This document shows, in pieces, positions 10,300 to 20,440 of a stretch of DNA of 64,000 bases. The stretch comes from Methanotrichaceae archaeon. GTDB lineage: Archaea; Halobacteriota; Methanosarcinia; Methanotrichales; Methanotrichaceae. A program made the translations under genes and the position numbers. Positions within the stretch are counted from its first letter, which is position 1; each line of letters opens with the position of its first letter. The stretch spans positions 96,001 through 160,000 of the forward strand of contig CAWDLW010000008.1 of NCBI GenBank assembly GCA_963803145.1. The letters run 5' to 3'. The notes under the pieces are model-generated. The model ran no database searches. It saw nothing but the letters and a program-made list of their open reading frames with translations, and had not been told where the DNA came from.

Positions 10300-10698
10300 T
10301 TACTTTTGTTTCCCGATATGCAGGTCCAAGCCTACAAGGGCACGCTTTTTGTCTGACATGCTCCCAACCAATTTTCTCAGAGGCGGAGGAAGCTCTTTGA
10401 TGAGGGTTGGTACTGCAACAATCTGGCCTTCCTTGGCTAAGATAGGTTGCTGGTAGATATCGATTATATCGAGCTGGTACCGCCCAGGCATATTCGCCTC
10501 GCAGATCTTTATGGTGTTCTCAATTGCCAGGATGGATCTCGGACTCATGCCAGCAACGTAGAGATGCAGGACATACTTCTCAGTGCCCATTCTCTCCAGA
10601 GCTTTCTCGAACCGTTCAGACGCATCGGTTGATTTCTCTATCGAATCACTGTTTCCTGCCTTATCGCCATCATCCATTTGATCACCAATTAGTACCAC
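10300..10698 (-). CDS. kaiB: KaiB family protein (third paralogue; start may be the downstream ATG)
   Basis: YVLHLYVAG, LDIIDIYQQP.LA, IVAVPTLIKELPPPLRKLVG. Confidence 0.92.
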   Translation of the reverse strand: MVLIGDQMDDGDKAGNSDSIEKSTDASERFEKALERMGTEKYVLHLYVAGMSPRSILAIENTIKICEANMPGRYQLDIIDIYQQPILAKEGQIVAVPTLIKELPPPLRKLVGSMSDKKRALVGLDLHIGKQK

Positions 10699-10703
10699 GG
10701 CAT

Positions 10704-11057
10704 TCAGTTTGTTTTGGAGCAGATACCCAGGCCAGTCAGCACACGCTCTGTATTGGACATATTTCCTACAAGCCTTCTCAAAGGCAGAGGAGTCTCCTTG
10801 ATGAGGGTTGGTGCCGCTATGATCTGGTTTTCTCTGGCAAGGGCTGGACTCTGGCAGATATCGATTATATCAAGCCGGTAGTGCCCAGAGAGGTTCTTCT
10901 CGCATATATCCTCGATGTTCTCGATGGCCTGAACAGACTTGAAATTCATATTCGCTACGTAGAGATGCAAAACAAATATATCGGTGGTTTTGTTATTCAG
11001 AGTTTTTTCGGACTTGCTTTTATCAAGCCCATCTATAGGTCTATTTAATTCAACCAT
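10704..11057 (-). CDS. kaiB: KaiB family protein (second paralogue)
   Basis: FVLHLYVA, LDIIDI, QIIAAPTLIKETPLPLRRLVG. Confidence 0.9.
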   Translation of the reverse strand: MVELNRPIDGLDKSKSEKTLNNKTTDIFVLHLYVANMNFKSVQAIENIEDICEKNLSGHYRLDIIDICQSPALARENQIIAAPTLIKETPLPLRRLVGNMSNTERVLTGLGICSKTN

Positions 11058-11079
11058 TGCATATCATCTTGAACCACCC

Positions 11080-11418
11080 TTAATCAGCAGGACGCAAATC
11101 GAGACCTATCAGCACCTTCTCGGTATTCGAGAGATCGCCTATGATCTTTTTGATTGGTGGAGGAAGCCTCCGTACAAGCGTAGGAATAGCGAGGATCTGG
11201 TCGCCCTTCGCGAGCTGTGGATGCTCCAGAAGATCGATGACCTCGATTGTGTACTTGCCCTTCAGATGCTCATCACTTATCTTCTTGAGATTTGCGAAGG
11301 CTGCCATGCTCTTCTTAGTCTGGCCTGCCACGTAGAGACGCAGGATGTAAATTTGGTCGTCCTGCAAGTAGCCGGAAGTTTCCATATCTTCTTCAGTACT
11401 TTCATCCATCGTATCCAT
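11080..11418 (-). CDS. kaiB: KaiB family protein (closest to the canonical sequence)
   Basis: [60 protein letters not shown]. Confidence 0.95.
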   Translation of the reverse strand: MDTMDESTEEDMETSGYLQDDQIYILRLYVAGQTKKSMAAFANLKKISDEHLKGKYTIEVIDLLEHPQLAKGDQILAIPTLVRRLPPPIKKIIGDLSNTEKVLIGLDLRPAD

Positions 11419-11424
11419 CCGAAT

Positions 11425-13161
11425 TTAAGAGGTGTCGGCCTTTCTGAGCCTGGCTATATCTCTTCTGCCATTCGCCATGGCCTTATTCCGTTGCTCATCC
11501 TCCGATAGGAGCTTACTTAGCTCATCCTCGCCGGTCTCGCAATCCAGGCGAAGCATATCCATCTGGGCCTTCAGAGACTGGAGCTTGCTCTCAAGCTCTC
11601 TCCTCCTGCGCTCGATTTCCTGCTGATTGGTAATAGCGTCTGCATTCTCCTTTGACTCCTGAGTAATGCGCTCAGTACCCATGAGCAGCCCTCCCTGCGG
11701 GCCAAGGTAGACATCCAGAATCTTCACACCATCATCTGTAATCTGGTACTCTCGTGTCTGGTTCGAGTGCTCCATGCCCCTTGATTTGACTATCGTCATT
11801 CCGCGGTTGCGTTCATTTCCATTATCGAACATGCGCAGCCATAGCCATGTATCCATCAGGGATGAGACGCTCTCGGATGTATGCCCTTTTGCCTCATCCT
11901 CTATCAGGCTGGTGCAGAAAGATGTTATACCCATCATCTTGAGGTAATCTATCAGCCTAGTAAGCATGAACCTGACATCGCCCGAAGTTCCCACGCTCAC
12001 CAGGTTCGAGGTTGGATCGATGACCACTGCATTTGGCTTGATCTCTTCGATCAGTTTGTGCATCCCCAGCAGGTGCATCTCAAGGCCATGGGCCATCGGC
12101 CGTCCGGAAAAGATGTGCAGTAGACCTGCATCCATCCACTTAGTGAGATTGATTCCGATCGAACTCATGTTGCGGCATATCTGGCTTGGCGACTCCTCGA
12201 AGGCAAAGTAAATGCATCGCTCGCCGCGGCTGCATGCAGCATCTACAAAATGGGCCGCGAAGCTGCTCTTGCCCGTTCCGGCAGTTCCCGTGAGAAGGAT
12301 GCTGCTTCCGCGGAAGAAGCCCTGGCCGCCCATCATCATATCAAGCCGCTCAATGCCTGAAGATATCCTCTCAGCGGAAGCGATATGGTCCAACCCGACA
12401 GATGTAATGGGCAGGACAGAGATGCCATCATCTTCTATCAGGAAAGGATACTCGTTTGTGCCATGCGAGGAGCCGCGGTACTTGATTATGCGCATCCTTC
12501 GGGTGGCAATCTGGTTCTCCATGCGGTTATCGAGGACTATAACACAGTCTGCGACGTACTCCTCAAGGCCATACCTGGTTAAAGTTTTCTCGCCCTTCTC
12601 ACCAGTAACAATGGCTGTTACTCCCTTGCTCTTCAGCCAGCGGAATAACCTTTGAAGCTCTGAGCGCAGAATAGCAGTGTTATGGAATCCTGAAAAGAGT
12701 ACCTCGATTGTATCTAAGACAACACGTTTTGCTCCAATGGCATCGATAGCGCTTCCTAACCGAATGAACAGCCCTTCTAGATCATAATCGCCCGTCTCCT
12801 CGATCTCACTTGCATCGATGTAGATGTAGTCGATGAGGATCTTGTTCATCTCCTGAAGCCTCTTGAGGTCAAAGCCCAATGAGCTGAAGTTTTTTGTAAG
12901 TTCATCAGGGGTTTCCTCGAAGGCCACGAAAACTCCAGGCTCATCGTACTGTATGGCGCCCTGAGCGAGAAACTGCATTGAGAGTAGTGTCTTTCCAGAT
13001 CCCGCGCTGCCGCAAACAAGTGTTGGGCGACCTTTTGGAAGACCGCCATCTGTGATCTCATCCAGGCCCTTTATGCCAGTTGGCGACTTTTCTAACCAAT
13101 TTGCATTAGAACTAATATCATTAACAGCTACGTCTGTTTCTGTCATGGACTTTACTTCCAT
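11425..13161 (-). CDS. kaiC: Double-domain KaiC ATPase/autokinase with C-terminal coiled coil
   Basis: Two RecA domains (Walker A GSAGSGKT and GTAGTGKS; FEET/FEES), SS at the phosphosite position (SVSSLMDT), KSRGM.HSN, coiled-coil tail. Confidence 0.96.
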   Translation of the reverse strand: MEVKSMTETDVAVNDISSNANWLEKSPTGIKGLDEITDGGLPKGRPTLVCGSAGSGKTLLSMQFLAQGAIQYDEPGVFVAFEETPDELTKNFSSLGFDLKRLQEMNKILIDYIYIDASEIEETGDYDLEGLFIRLGSAIDAIGAKRVVLDTIEVLFSGFHNTAILRSELQRLFRWLKSKGVTAIVTGEKGEKTLTRYGLEEYVADCVIVLDNRMENQIATRRMRIIKYRGSSHGTNEYPFLIEDDGISVLPITSVGLDHIASAERISSGIERLDMMMGGQGFFRGSSILLTGTAGTGKSSFAAHFVDAACSRGERCIYFAFEESPSQICRNMSSIGINLTKWMDAGLLHIFSGRPMAHGLEMHLLGMHKLIEEIKPNAVVIDPTSNLVSVGTSGDVRFMLTRLIDYLKMMGITSFCTSLIEDEAKGHTSESVSSLMDTWLWLRMFDNGNERNRGMTIVKSRGMEHSNQTREYQITDDGVKILDVYLGPQGGLLMGTERITQESKENADAITNQQEIERRRRELESKLQSLKAQMDMLRLDCETGEDELSKLLSEDEQRNKAMANGRRDIARLRKADTS

Positions 13162-13440
13162 ATAAAGCAGCAGATGCTTAGGGCGTTTTTCACAATTAGC
13201 AACCTAAGCCCTGCATCTAACTTTCGCAATTGCGTAGACGGCGTTCGTGCTTATAAATCCGATCGTATTTATATAATATTTATCCATGAGAATTATAATG
13301 CAATCTCTCAACCACGCAGAGGATATCATCAGAAGCCAGAATGATCTGAATTTTGCATCACACTACATGGCCCGTGAAATCTAAGCATTCAAATTCCTGC
13401 CTATTTCAAAGGTGTGAAAATATTCTTCAAAACATTTTTC

Positions 13441-13535
13441 TGGACCCTCAATCCTCACAGGCTTGGCGATGTAATCATTCAGCCTGCCTCAAGACACTTT
13501 TCCTGGTCACCATCAAGGGGATAGGCTGTGATAGA
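13441..13535 (-). pseudogene. Relic 3' end of another hybrid-kinase receiver domain
   Basis: Minus strand reads ITAYPLDGDQEKCLEAG / NDYIAKPVRIE with a frame disruption. It matches the receiver C-termini of the neighbouring kinases. Confidence 0.7.
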
Positions 13536-16521
13536 TTTTGCTAATAGTAGATACCGCCAAATACCATTTTTATTTCCTAAATTTTATTCTTGGGGGGGTA
13601 CTTGCTAAGAGTATCTGCCAGCTCATTTATCTTCACCGGTTTGCTGATATAATCATCCATACCAGCAGCAAGGCACTTTTCCCGATCACTATCAAGGGCA
13701 TAGGTCGTGATGGCTATAACTTTTGGTCCATTATTCGGCCAGAGCTGACGGATCTGTCTGGTGGCCTCGAAGCCATTCATCTCAGGCATTTTGATATCCA
13801 TCAACACGACATCGTATGGCTGGCGTTCCAGAGCTTGAATTACCTCTACTCCGGTGGCTGCCAGGTCTGCCCTATAGCCTAGCTTCCCAAGCATCCTCAG
13901 GGTCACCTTCTGGCTTGATACGTTATCCTCTGCCAGAAGGATTCGAAGAGGGCTAATGCTCGTCGGATTCGATGCTGAAGCCTGGTATTTGGCCTGGATG
14001 GGTCGTCCATCCAATACACTCGTGAGGGTATCGTATAGCTGTGCAGGCTTGATCGGCTTCTCCAGGCTGGCAGCAGAGAGATCCGGAGGAATATGCTGTC
14101 CTACGGATGTGAGCATAATTATGGGCAAATCCCTTTGGTTTCTGTGAATCGTCTCTGCCAGGGTTATACCATCCATATCAGGCATACCCACGTCCAGAAT
14201 GGCAACGTCTGGAATGATTCCCTTTTGAACCCGGTCTAGGACCTCGTAGCCGGATGAAGCGATGATAGGAATCATGCCCCAGGATTGAGTCTGACGGGCC
14301 AGGATTCTTCTGATGGTCTTGTTATCATCCACAATGAGAACGCTTCTTTTAGCTAGCTCGGGCTGAGGTCCAGCAGGAACTTTCCCATTTCCTGATTCGG
14401 AGTCAGCCATAGCCTTGATCGTGAAATGGAATGTCGAGCCCTTGCCCTCCTCGCTCTCAACCCAGATTCTGCCGCCCATAAGTTCAACAAGTTTTTTACT
14501 GATAGCAAGACCAAGCCCTGTGCCCTCGTTAAGCCTTGAGGTCGAGGTGTTGACCTGGCTGAATGGCTGGAAGAGCTTTCTCATCTGGTTTTGGGGTATG
14601 CCTATGCCGGTATCTTGAACAGCGAAATGGATCTCATGGCCTTCCTCATCGGGCTTCGAAGAGACAGAAATAACAACATCACCTTTATCAGTATATTTAA
14701 CAGCGTTACTGAGCAGATTAGCCAGTACCTGACGGAGCCTCCCTGAATCGGTGATGATTGTTTCAGGGACGTTGCTATCGATCGTATAGGCCAGATCGAG
14801 CCCCTTCTCAGCCGCCTTTGTAGACACCAGATCTAGGGACTCCTCAATGCGCTGACGAAGGTCGTTGGGATGAATCTCAAGCTCTATCTTCTCCTTCTCC
14901 ATCTTCGAGAAGTCAAGAATATCGTTGATCAGGGCCAGGAGTGCCTCGCCGTTCATCCTCATGGTATCAAGCCAGTCCTTGTACTCAGGCGACAAAGGCT
15001 CCTCAAGCAGAATGCTTGTGAAACCGATTATCGAGTTCATGGGCGTCCTAAGCTCATGGGACATGTTGGCCAGGAATGCTGCCTTTGCCCTGATTGCCTC
15101 TTCGGCGGCATCTTTCGCTGCCATAAGCTCCTCATTGGCTTTTAGTAGATCGGCAGTCCTTTCATCGACCCGAAGCTCTAACTCATCATGCGCTTTTTGC
15201 AGCGCCTCCTCGGCCTGCTTGCGCTCGGTGATGTCGCGGTTAACAGCAACGAAGCCGACTACCTTTCCCCCGGTATCACGTATAAGCATCGTCTTCGATT
15301 CAAAAGTGACGCGTTTTCCCGACCTGGTCGTATGCTCAATCTCAGCCGTGACCGATTCCGTTTCTTCCAGAGTCTTGGCCAATCGGGACCTCATTTCAGG
15401 ATCGAACTTCGAGCCGGTCACTTCGACGATGTTTCTTCCCAGGACTTCCTCCTCCTTCCACCCGTACACCCTTTCCGCCTCATGGTTCCAGGATGTAAGC
15501 CGCAATTGCTCGTCAGTAGAATAGATTACCTCCGTGATATTCGTGAGCAGATTGGCCTGGTACGTCAGGCGTTCTTCCGCTCGCTTGCGCTCTGTAATGT
15601 CAACGATCGAATTGAAGAGCACTTTCTCGCCATGTACAGTGCTGAGTTGTGAGGATAATATGCCAATCCACTCTTCACCATTCTTTCTCACAAAGGTGTA
15701 CTCTCGATTGTAGATCAAACCGTTTCGCTCAAGCTCAAGCGCCCCTTGAGTGCGTTCTTCTACATGCTTCCAGAGGTTGATTTCAAGTGTAGTTTTTCCG
15801 ATTGCTTCTTCACGGGAGAAACCCATCAACTCGCACCATCGATCGTTAACTTCCAGAATCAATCCGTCATAAAGACGTGTGATAGACATCGCTGCGGTGT
15901 TCCCATAGAATGCTTTCGAGAACTTTTCTTCCGAAAGGCGCAGCGCCTCCTCGGCCCGCTTTCGAACAGTCATTTCTTTCTCAAGATCCGCTTTGGAAGC
16001 GGTGACTGTTTTCAAATTGGCCGTCATCTGGTTGAAGGCCTTAGCTAGCTCACCGATCTCATCGCCCTTTCTTTCGACGATTGAATAATCGAGGTTGCCG
16101 GAGCCGATAACTCCTGCTCCTGCCTGAAGATTCGATATTGATGTTAGCGTGCGCCGATAAATCAGGAGGTAATCGGTAAGGAGAAATGCTATGAAGGCTC
16201 CAATAAGTGCAAAGATGAAAAGGTTATTTTGCTGCTTAGTCTGATCTGCCTGCTCGCCCAGCATCTGGGATAGCCGTGAAGCATCAAAGACCATTCCCTG
16301 GGTTTGGACTCCAATTCTGCTGCCCGAAACCTGAACAAATGTCATGTCAGCCGTATTGCTCTGAGCATTCGGCGTGCTCTCAGTTCTCGATACTATATCG
16401 CCAAATACTTCCTTCAATCGCTGCTGGCTGTTCTTGATATTATTGACAAGCACCTGCTGCTCAGGCTGATCAACAGTCAGATTCGAGATATCGGCTGAGA
16501 TCGAAGAATATAGTTAATCTC

Positions 16522-17049
16522 CTAGCTTTTTGCACTAAGAAATCGCTCCACCCAGGACTTTGAATATCCATCCTTTTTGGAATAAAATATTTCTAAAGCG
16601 CAATCTTGGCTAGCTATAATAGCTTCATCGAAATCAGTGTATTTGGCGATCTCTCTTTTGAAATCCTTCCAACCGAATTCTATAGGATTCAAATCTGGTG
16701 AATAGGGGATATTATAAATTAAGTGAATATCGATTTCCTCAGCTAGTTTTCTAAATTTCTTGGCCAAATGAATTCTAGCATTATCTAAAAGTATACAAAT
16801 TGGCCTCATAATATTATTATTTCTTATATTTTGAGCAAATGCCATCAACGCTTCCTTCTTAGAGGAGTTGGAAACCATAACCTCATCATTGCCATTTAAT
16901 GCTATAAATCCAAAAATAGTTCTTGATCTAACCTTTCCAGGTTTATAATTTATTAAATGAGTGTTTAAGACTCTACGTGTATTAGGGCGCTGTTGTAAAG
17001 AGCTTTCATCAAGAAATCCTATAACAGGATCAGTAACAGTGGTCAGCAC
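16522..17049 (-). CDS. IS630 transposase DDE part (orfB, +1 frame relative to orfA)
   Basis: FLDES, ILLDNARIH, PYSPDLNPIE motifs. Confidence 0.92.
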   Translation of the reverse strand: MLTTVTDPVIGFLDESSLQQRPNTRRVLNTHLINYKPGKVRSRTIFGFIALNGNDEVMVSNSSKKEALMAFAQNIRNNNIMRPICILLDNARIHLAKKFRKLAEEIDIHLIYNIPYSPDLNPIEFGWKDFKREIAKYTDFDEAIIASQDCALEIFYSKKDGYSKSWVERFLSAKS

Positions 17050-17527
17050 TGATTTTATCCTTTTTTAAAAAACTTTCTGCATCTGCAGGCCTCTTTTCAT
17101 TTCTGATGTATGGTTTCCCATACTTAACTTTTTTCACTACTCTTAAAATTCGCCAGCCATATTTATATGAAAAATCTATACCTCTTGTATCCCTTACATA
17201 TTTTAATACGTCTTTTATCGTCATTCCTTTGTCTTCAATTTCTTTAATAACTCTATCCCATTCATCAAGAGACATCTTTGGCTTTTTGCCATTTCTATTC
17301 TTTGGTGTCAATCCATTATAGCCTTGATTATTCCATCTGCTTAACCAATATTTTATTGTCCTCTCGCCCCTTTTTAAAATATCAGCTACCTCATATACGT
17401 TTTTCCCTTCATATAAATGTATTATTGCCAATAACCGTTCCTTAATCCTTAGATCAGTCTCTTTTTTATATAATTTATCAAGGTCTATCTTTGATATATG
17501 CCTAATTATTATAGGTTTTCTACCCAT
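17030..17527 (-). CDS. IS630 transposase N-terminal HTH part (orfA)
   Basis: RLLAIIHLYEG...VADIL...TIKYWLSRWN..GY.GL helix-turn-helix pattern. Confidence 0.88.
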   Translation of the reverse strand: MGRKPIIIRHISKIDLDKLYKKETDLRIKERLLAIIHLYEGKNVYEVADILKRGERTIKYWLSRWNNQGYNGLTPKNRNGKKPKMSLDEWDRVIKEIEDKGMTIKDVLKYVRDTRGIDFSYKYGWRILRVVKKVKYGKPYIRNEKRPADAESFLKKDKISADHCY

Positions 17528-17827
17528 GCCTATGTATTTTCACGCATTAATTATTAAATGTATCTATAGGGCAATAAGCTCAATGATTAACTATATTTGG
17601 ACTCCCACCGATCGGTCTGCTGGCTTTCATGGTACAGAAGATAATTATTCGATAGATAGTTGAGCTCACCGACTTCTAGTTCGATATTTCTGGCGAGCTC
17701 TTCCTGCTTATTCAGCCGTTCTACCTGTTGATTTGTGGTAATTACCGAGGCTGAGATAATCGCCAGGGCTACGCCGAAGAAAACCATGCTGATGATCAAC
17801 TGAGTCCTGATTTTCATGATCCTCAAT

Positions 17828-18838
17828 TCACCAAATATTCACCGCATCTGGCTTAACTTCCTCAAGGCCATTTGTGTAGATGTAATCCCTGAAATCGGGC
17901 ACATTCTTCCCTGTGGTGAGGTTGTTACTGATCATCCATCGAGCCTCGTCTTCCATTGCAGCGATAAGCGACTGGTCGAGCGTGAGTGAATATTGATGTT
18001 CAGGCCAGATAGCCGCCATATATGCATCAGTATAATTAAACTTTTTTTGTATGATCGCCTTTGCTTGCGCCGGATGATTGATAGTATAATCTTGTGCCAG
18101 AGCAAGCGATTTCAGGAGCCTGTTGATCTGCTCAGGATGATTGGCTGACCAGTCTCCCCTGCAAGTTATGACCCAATTACTGGGCTGCCTACTTTGAACG
18201 GGCCATGATACAAGATTACTACCTAAACGCTTCTGAATCTGATCGATATATAACGTGCTAACGAGCGCATCTACGCTGCCATTTGCAATTGCGTCCACGT
18301 ATTGTGGGGGAGTCAAACCCACAAGGATTACATCGTGTATGCTCATGCCGTGCAGATCGAGGAACCGACCAAGGAAGAACTCTAACATTACACCACGTGT
18401 AACGCCTATTTTTTTACCCTTAAGGTCCGAAACGTTTTCAATTCCCCTATCCTTCCGGCATAAAATTAATGCTGTATCAAACTTATCTATGCTCGCAATC
18501 ATGCTAATATTTTCTTTTTTAAGCGCTTCTCCAACCAAATTGAATTCCGTCGATTCTGAAATATCCGTTTCACCATTTTCCAAACCATGTATTGCTGTAA
18601 TCCCCGAAATATAATCACGAAGGGTCACATTTAGACCGTTCCTGGAAAAATAGCCCAGATCTTCTGCAATATATATAAGTGCGGGATTCTCATTGGGCGT
18701 GTTACCAATTGTGATTAACTCAGGAATCTCTTCACCGCTTTTCTGGGAATTCTGGAGGAACCATATGCTAGCTCCTATCAGCGCTACCATAGCGATGACT
18801 GCCATCACAGCTATATTCTTTTTCATGGTCCTACTCAT
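17828..18838 (-). CDS. NMT1/SsuA/THI5-like substrate-binding protein
   Basis: N-terminal TM anchor; LIYIAEDLGYF..NGLNVT and SDLKGKKIGV motifs. Confidence 0.9.
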   Translation of the reverse strand: MSRTMKKNIAVMAVIAMVALIGASIWFLQNSQKSGEEIPELITIGNTPNENPALIYIAEDLGYFSRNGLNVTLRDYISGITAIHGLENGETDISESTEFNLVGEALKKENISMIASIDKFDTALILCRKDRGIENVSDLKGKKIGVTRGVMLEFFLGRFLDLHGMSIHDVILVGLTPPQYVDAIANGSVDALVSTLYIDQIQKRLGSNLVSWPVQSRQPSNWVITCRGDWSANHPEQINRLLKSLALAQDYTINHPAQAKAIIQKKFNYTDAYMAAIWPEHQYSLTLDQSLIAAMEDEARWMISNNLTTGKNVPDFRDYIYTNGLEEVKPDAVNIW

Positions 18839-18867
18839 TCTCCATCATGATCTCCGTGACTCCCAAT

Positions 18868-19869
18868 TCACCAAATATTCACAGCGTCCGGCTTTACTTC
18901 CTCAAGGCCTTTTGTGTTGATGTAATCTGTAAAATCGGGCACAGTCCTCTCGGTGGTGAGGTTGTTACTGATCATCCATCGCGCCTCGTCCTCCATGGCA
19001 GTAATGAGCGATTGATCCAAAGAAAGCGAAAATCGGTTCTCTGGCCAGATTGCAGCAATATATGTGTCACTAAGGTTGAGCTGTCTTTGCACGATGGCTT
19101 TTGCTTCGGTTGGATGTTGTACAGCATACTCTTCCGCCCGGGCGAGAGATTCCAGGAAACGGTTGACCGTCTCCGGATGCCCTGCTATCCAATCGTCTTG
19201 ACCGACGATAACCTCATACATCGCTTGGCTGCTTTGGACTGGCCAGATAACCGCATTATCGCCCAATCGATTCTCAACTATGTTTACATAAGGCCGTCTG
19301 GTTATTGCAGCATCGATGCTCCCGTTAATGATGGCATCATCGAGTGAATCTCCAGTGATGTTGACGAGGGAAACCTGCTGAATGCTCATGCCGTGCAGAT
19401 CAAAGAATCTTCCTAGATAGAATTCTGTTATTGTCCCCCGAGTGATGCCTATCTTTTTCCCTTTTAAATCTGAAATATTCCTTATGCCCCTGTCTTTGCG
19501 GCCTATGATAGAATGCATAAACGCATTCTTGTCAATGTTTGCGATAGTCTGAATCTTGCTTTTCTCAAATGCCTTTCCGACAACTGGATACTCAGTTGCT
19601 GCTGCCATGTCCACTTCACCGTTGAGCATCCCAGTGATAGCAGCAATGCCGCTATCGTAATCTCGTATGGTTACGTTAAGGCCGTTCTCCGAAAAGAAGT
19701 TTTGCTCTTGGGCGATATAGATTAGCGCAGACGATTCAGTAGGAACGTTGCCAAAAATGATTGATTCATCTTTCACTGGATGGCTGCTTGTTGGCCCAAG
19801 GAAATACCATGCGCCAAATCCCATCAACATTATTGCAGCGACCATGGCTACAGCAGTTCTTTGCATCAT
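18868..19869 (-). CDS. NMT1/SsuA/THI5-like substrate-binding protein (paralogue; likely start ATG 19869)
   Basis: Same motifs; C-terminus nearly identical to 17828..18838 (AMEDEARWMISNNLT...GLEEVKPDAVNIW). Confidence 0.9.
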   Translation of the reverse strand: MMQRTAVAMVAAIMLMGFGAWYFLGPTSSHPVKDESIIFGNVPTESSALIYIAQEQNFFSENGLNVTIRDYDSGIAAITGMLNGEVDMAAATEYPVVGKAFEKSKIQTIANIDKNAFMHSIIGRKDRGIRNISDLKGKKIGITRGTITEFYLGRFFDLHGMSIQQVSLVNITGDSLDDAIINGSIDAAITRRPYVNIVENRLGDNAVIWPVQSSQAMYEVIVGQDDWIAGHPETVNRFLESLARAEEYAVQHPTEAKAIVQRQLNLSDTYIAAIWPENRFSLSLDQSLITAMEDEARWMISNNLTTERTVPDFTDYINTKGLEEVKPDAVNIW

Positions 19870-20440
19870 TCTACTCCTGGGGTATTTGTAGTTCATAAGG
19901 GCTGACCTGCAAATCGTTGCAGAATTTTGTCTGCTGCTTTGATCGCCTGGAAGCATCCGAAAGACATACACTCAACGAAAACGTTCTGCGCTGCTTCTGT
20001 CGTGCCCCCCCTCCCCCAAGGTAGTTAGCCCTTCCAGACAGATCTATCATAGTCCGAATCTCTCCAGAAGTACCTCTGCGCTATTATCGGGACGGCCCAG
20101 GCCTTTTGCATGAAGAATTTCTTTACAAATCGAAATTCCAGGGATTCTTTGAGATGGATTATTGCGAGGCATGCGTTATTACTCCTGTCGCAGTTCCGAG
20201 CATATTATTCGTAATAGTTCAAGAACTTATTGCAGGTTAGAATATTTTTACATGATCACATGCCACTTCCTAATATCAAGGACTGGTGGCTAGCACTTGC
20301 TCACACTATCTATAGGTAATCTCTCAGTTACGGCTATTTGGCCAGTGCCAAATTAGGAATAGAATTTAGGTGACTCTACAAACGTATTCATACGTTGAAA
20401 TCCTAAAAAAAGTCATACAAAAAACTAAGAATAATTTGCG

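Larger units (their letters stand above)
16511..17593 (-). mobile_element. IS630-family insertion sequence (1083 bp)
   Basis: Imperfect ~25-bp terminal inverted repeats starting TAGTTAATC, duplicated TA target (16509-10 and 17594-95), AT-rich, HTH ORF plus DDE ORF. Confidence 0.95.
13577..17817 (-). pseudogene. TM-HAMP-PAS hybrid histidine kinase with two receivers, interrupted by IS630
   Basis: Removing 16511-17593 and one TA rejoins ...WESK-YSSISADISNLT... into one 1051-aa frame from ATG 17817. HAMP (GDEIGELAKAFNQM), H-box and two REC domains are present. Confidence 0.92.

Noticed and set aside
6908-16498. Many 60-200 aa antisense or overlapping ORFs on the + strand (and similar ones across the window)
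   Set aside because: They are shadow frames of well-supported genes, with no motifs or SD support.
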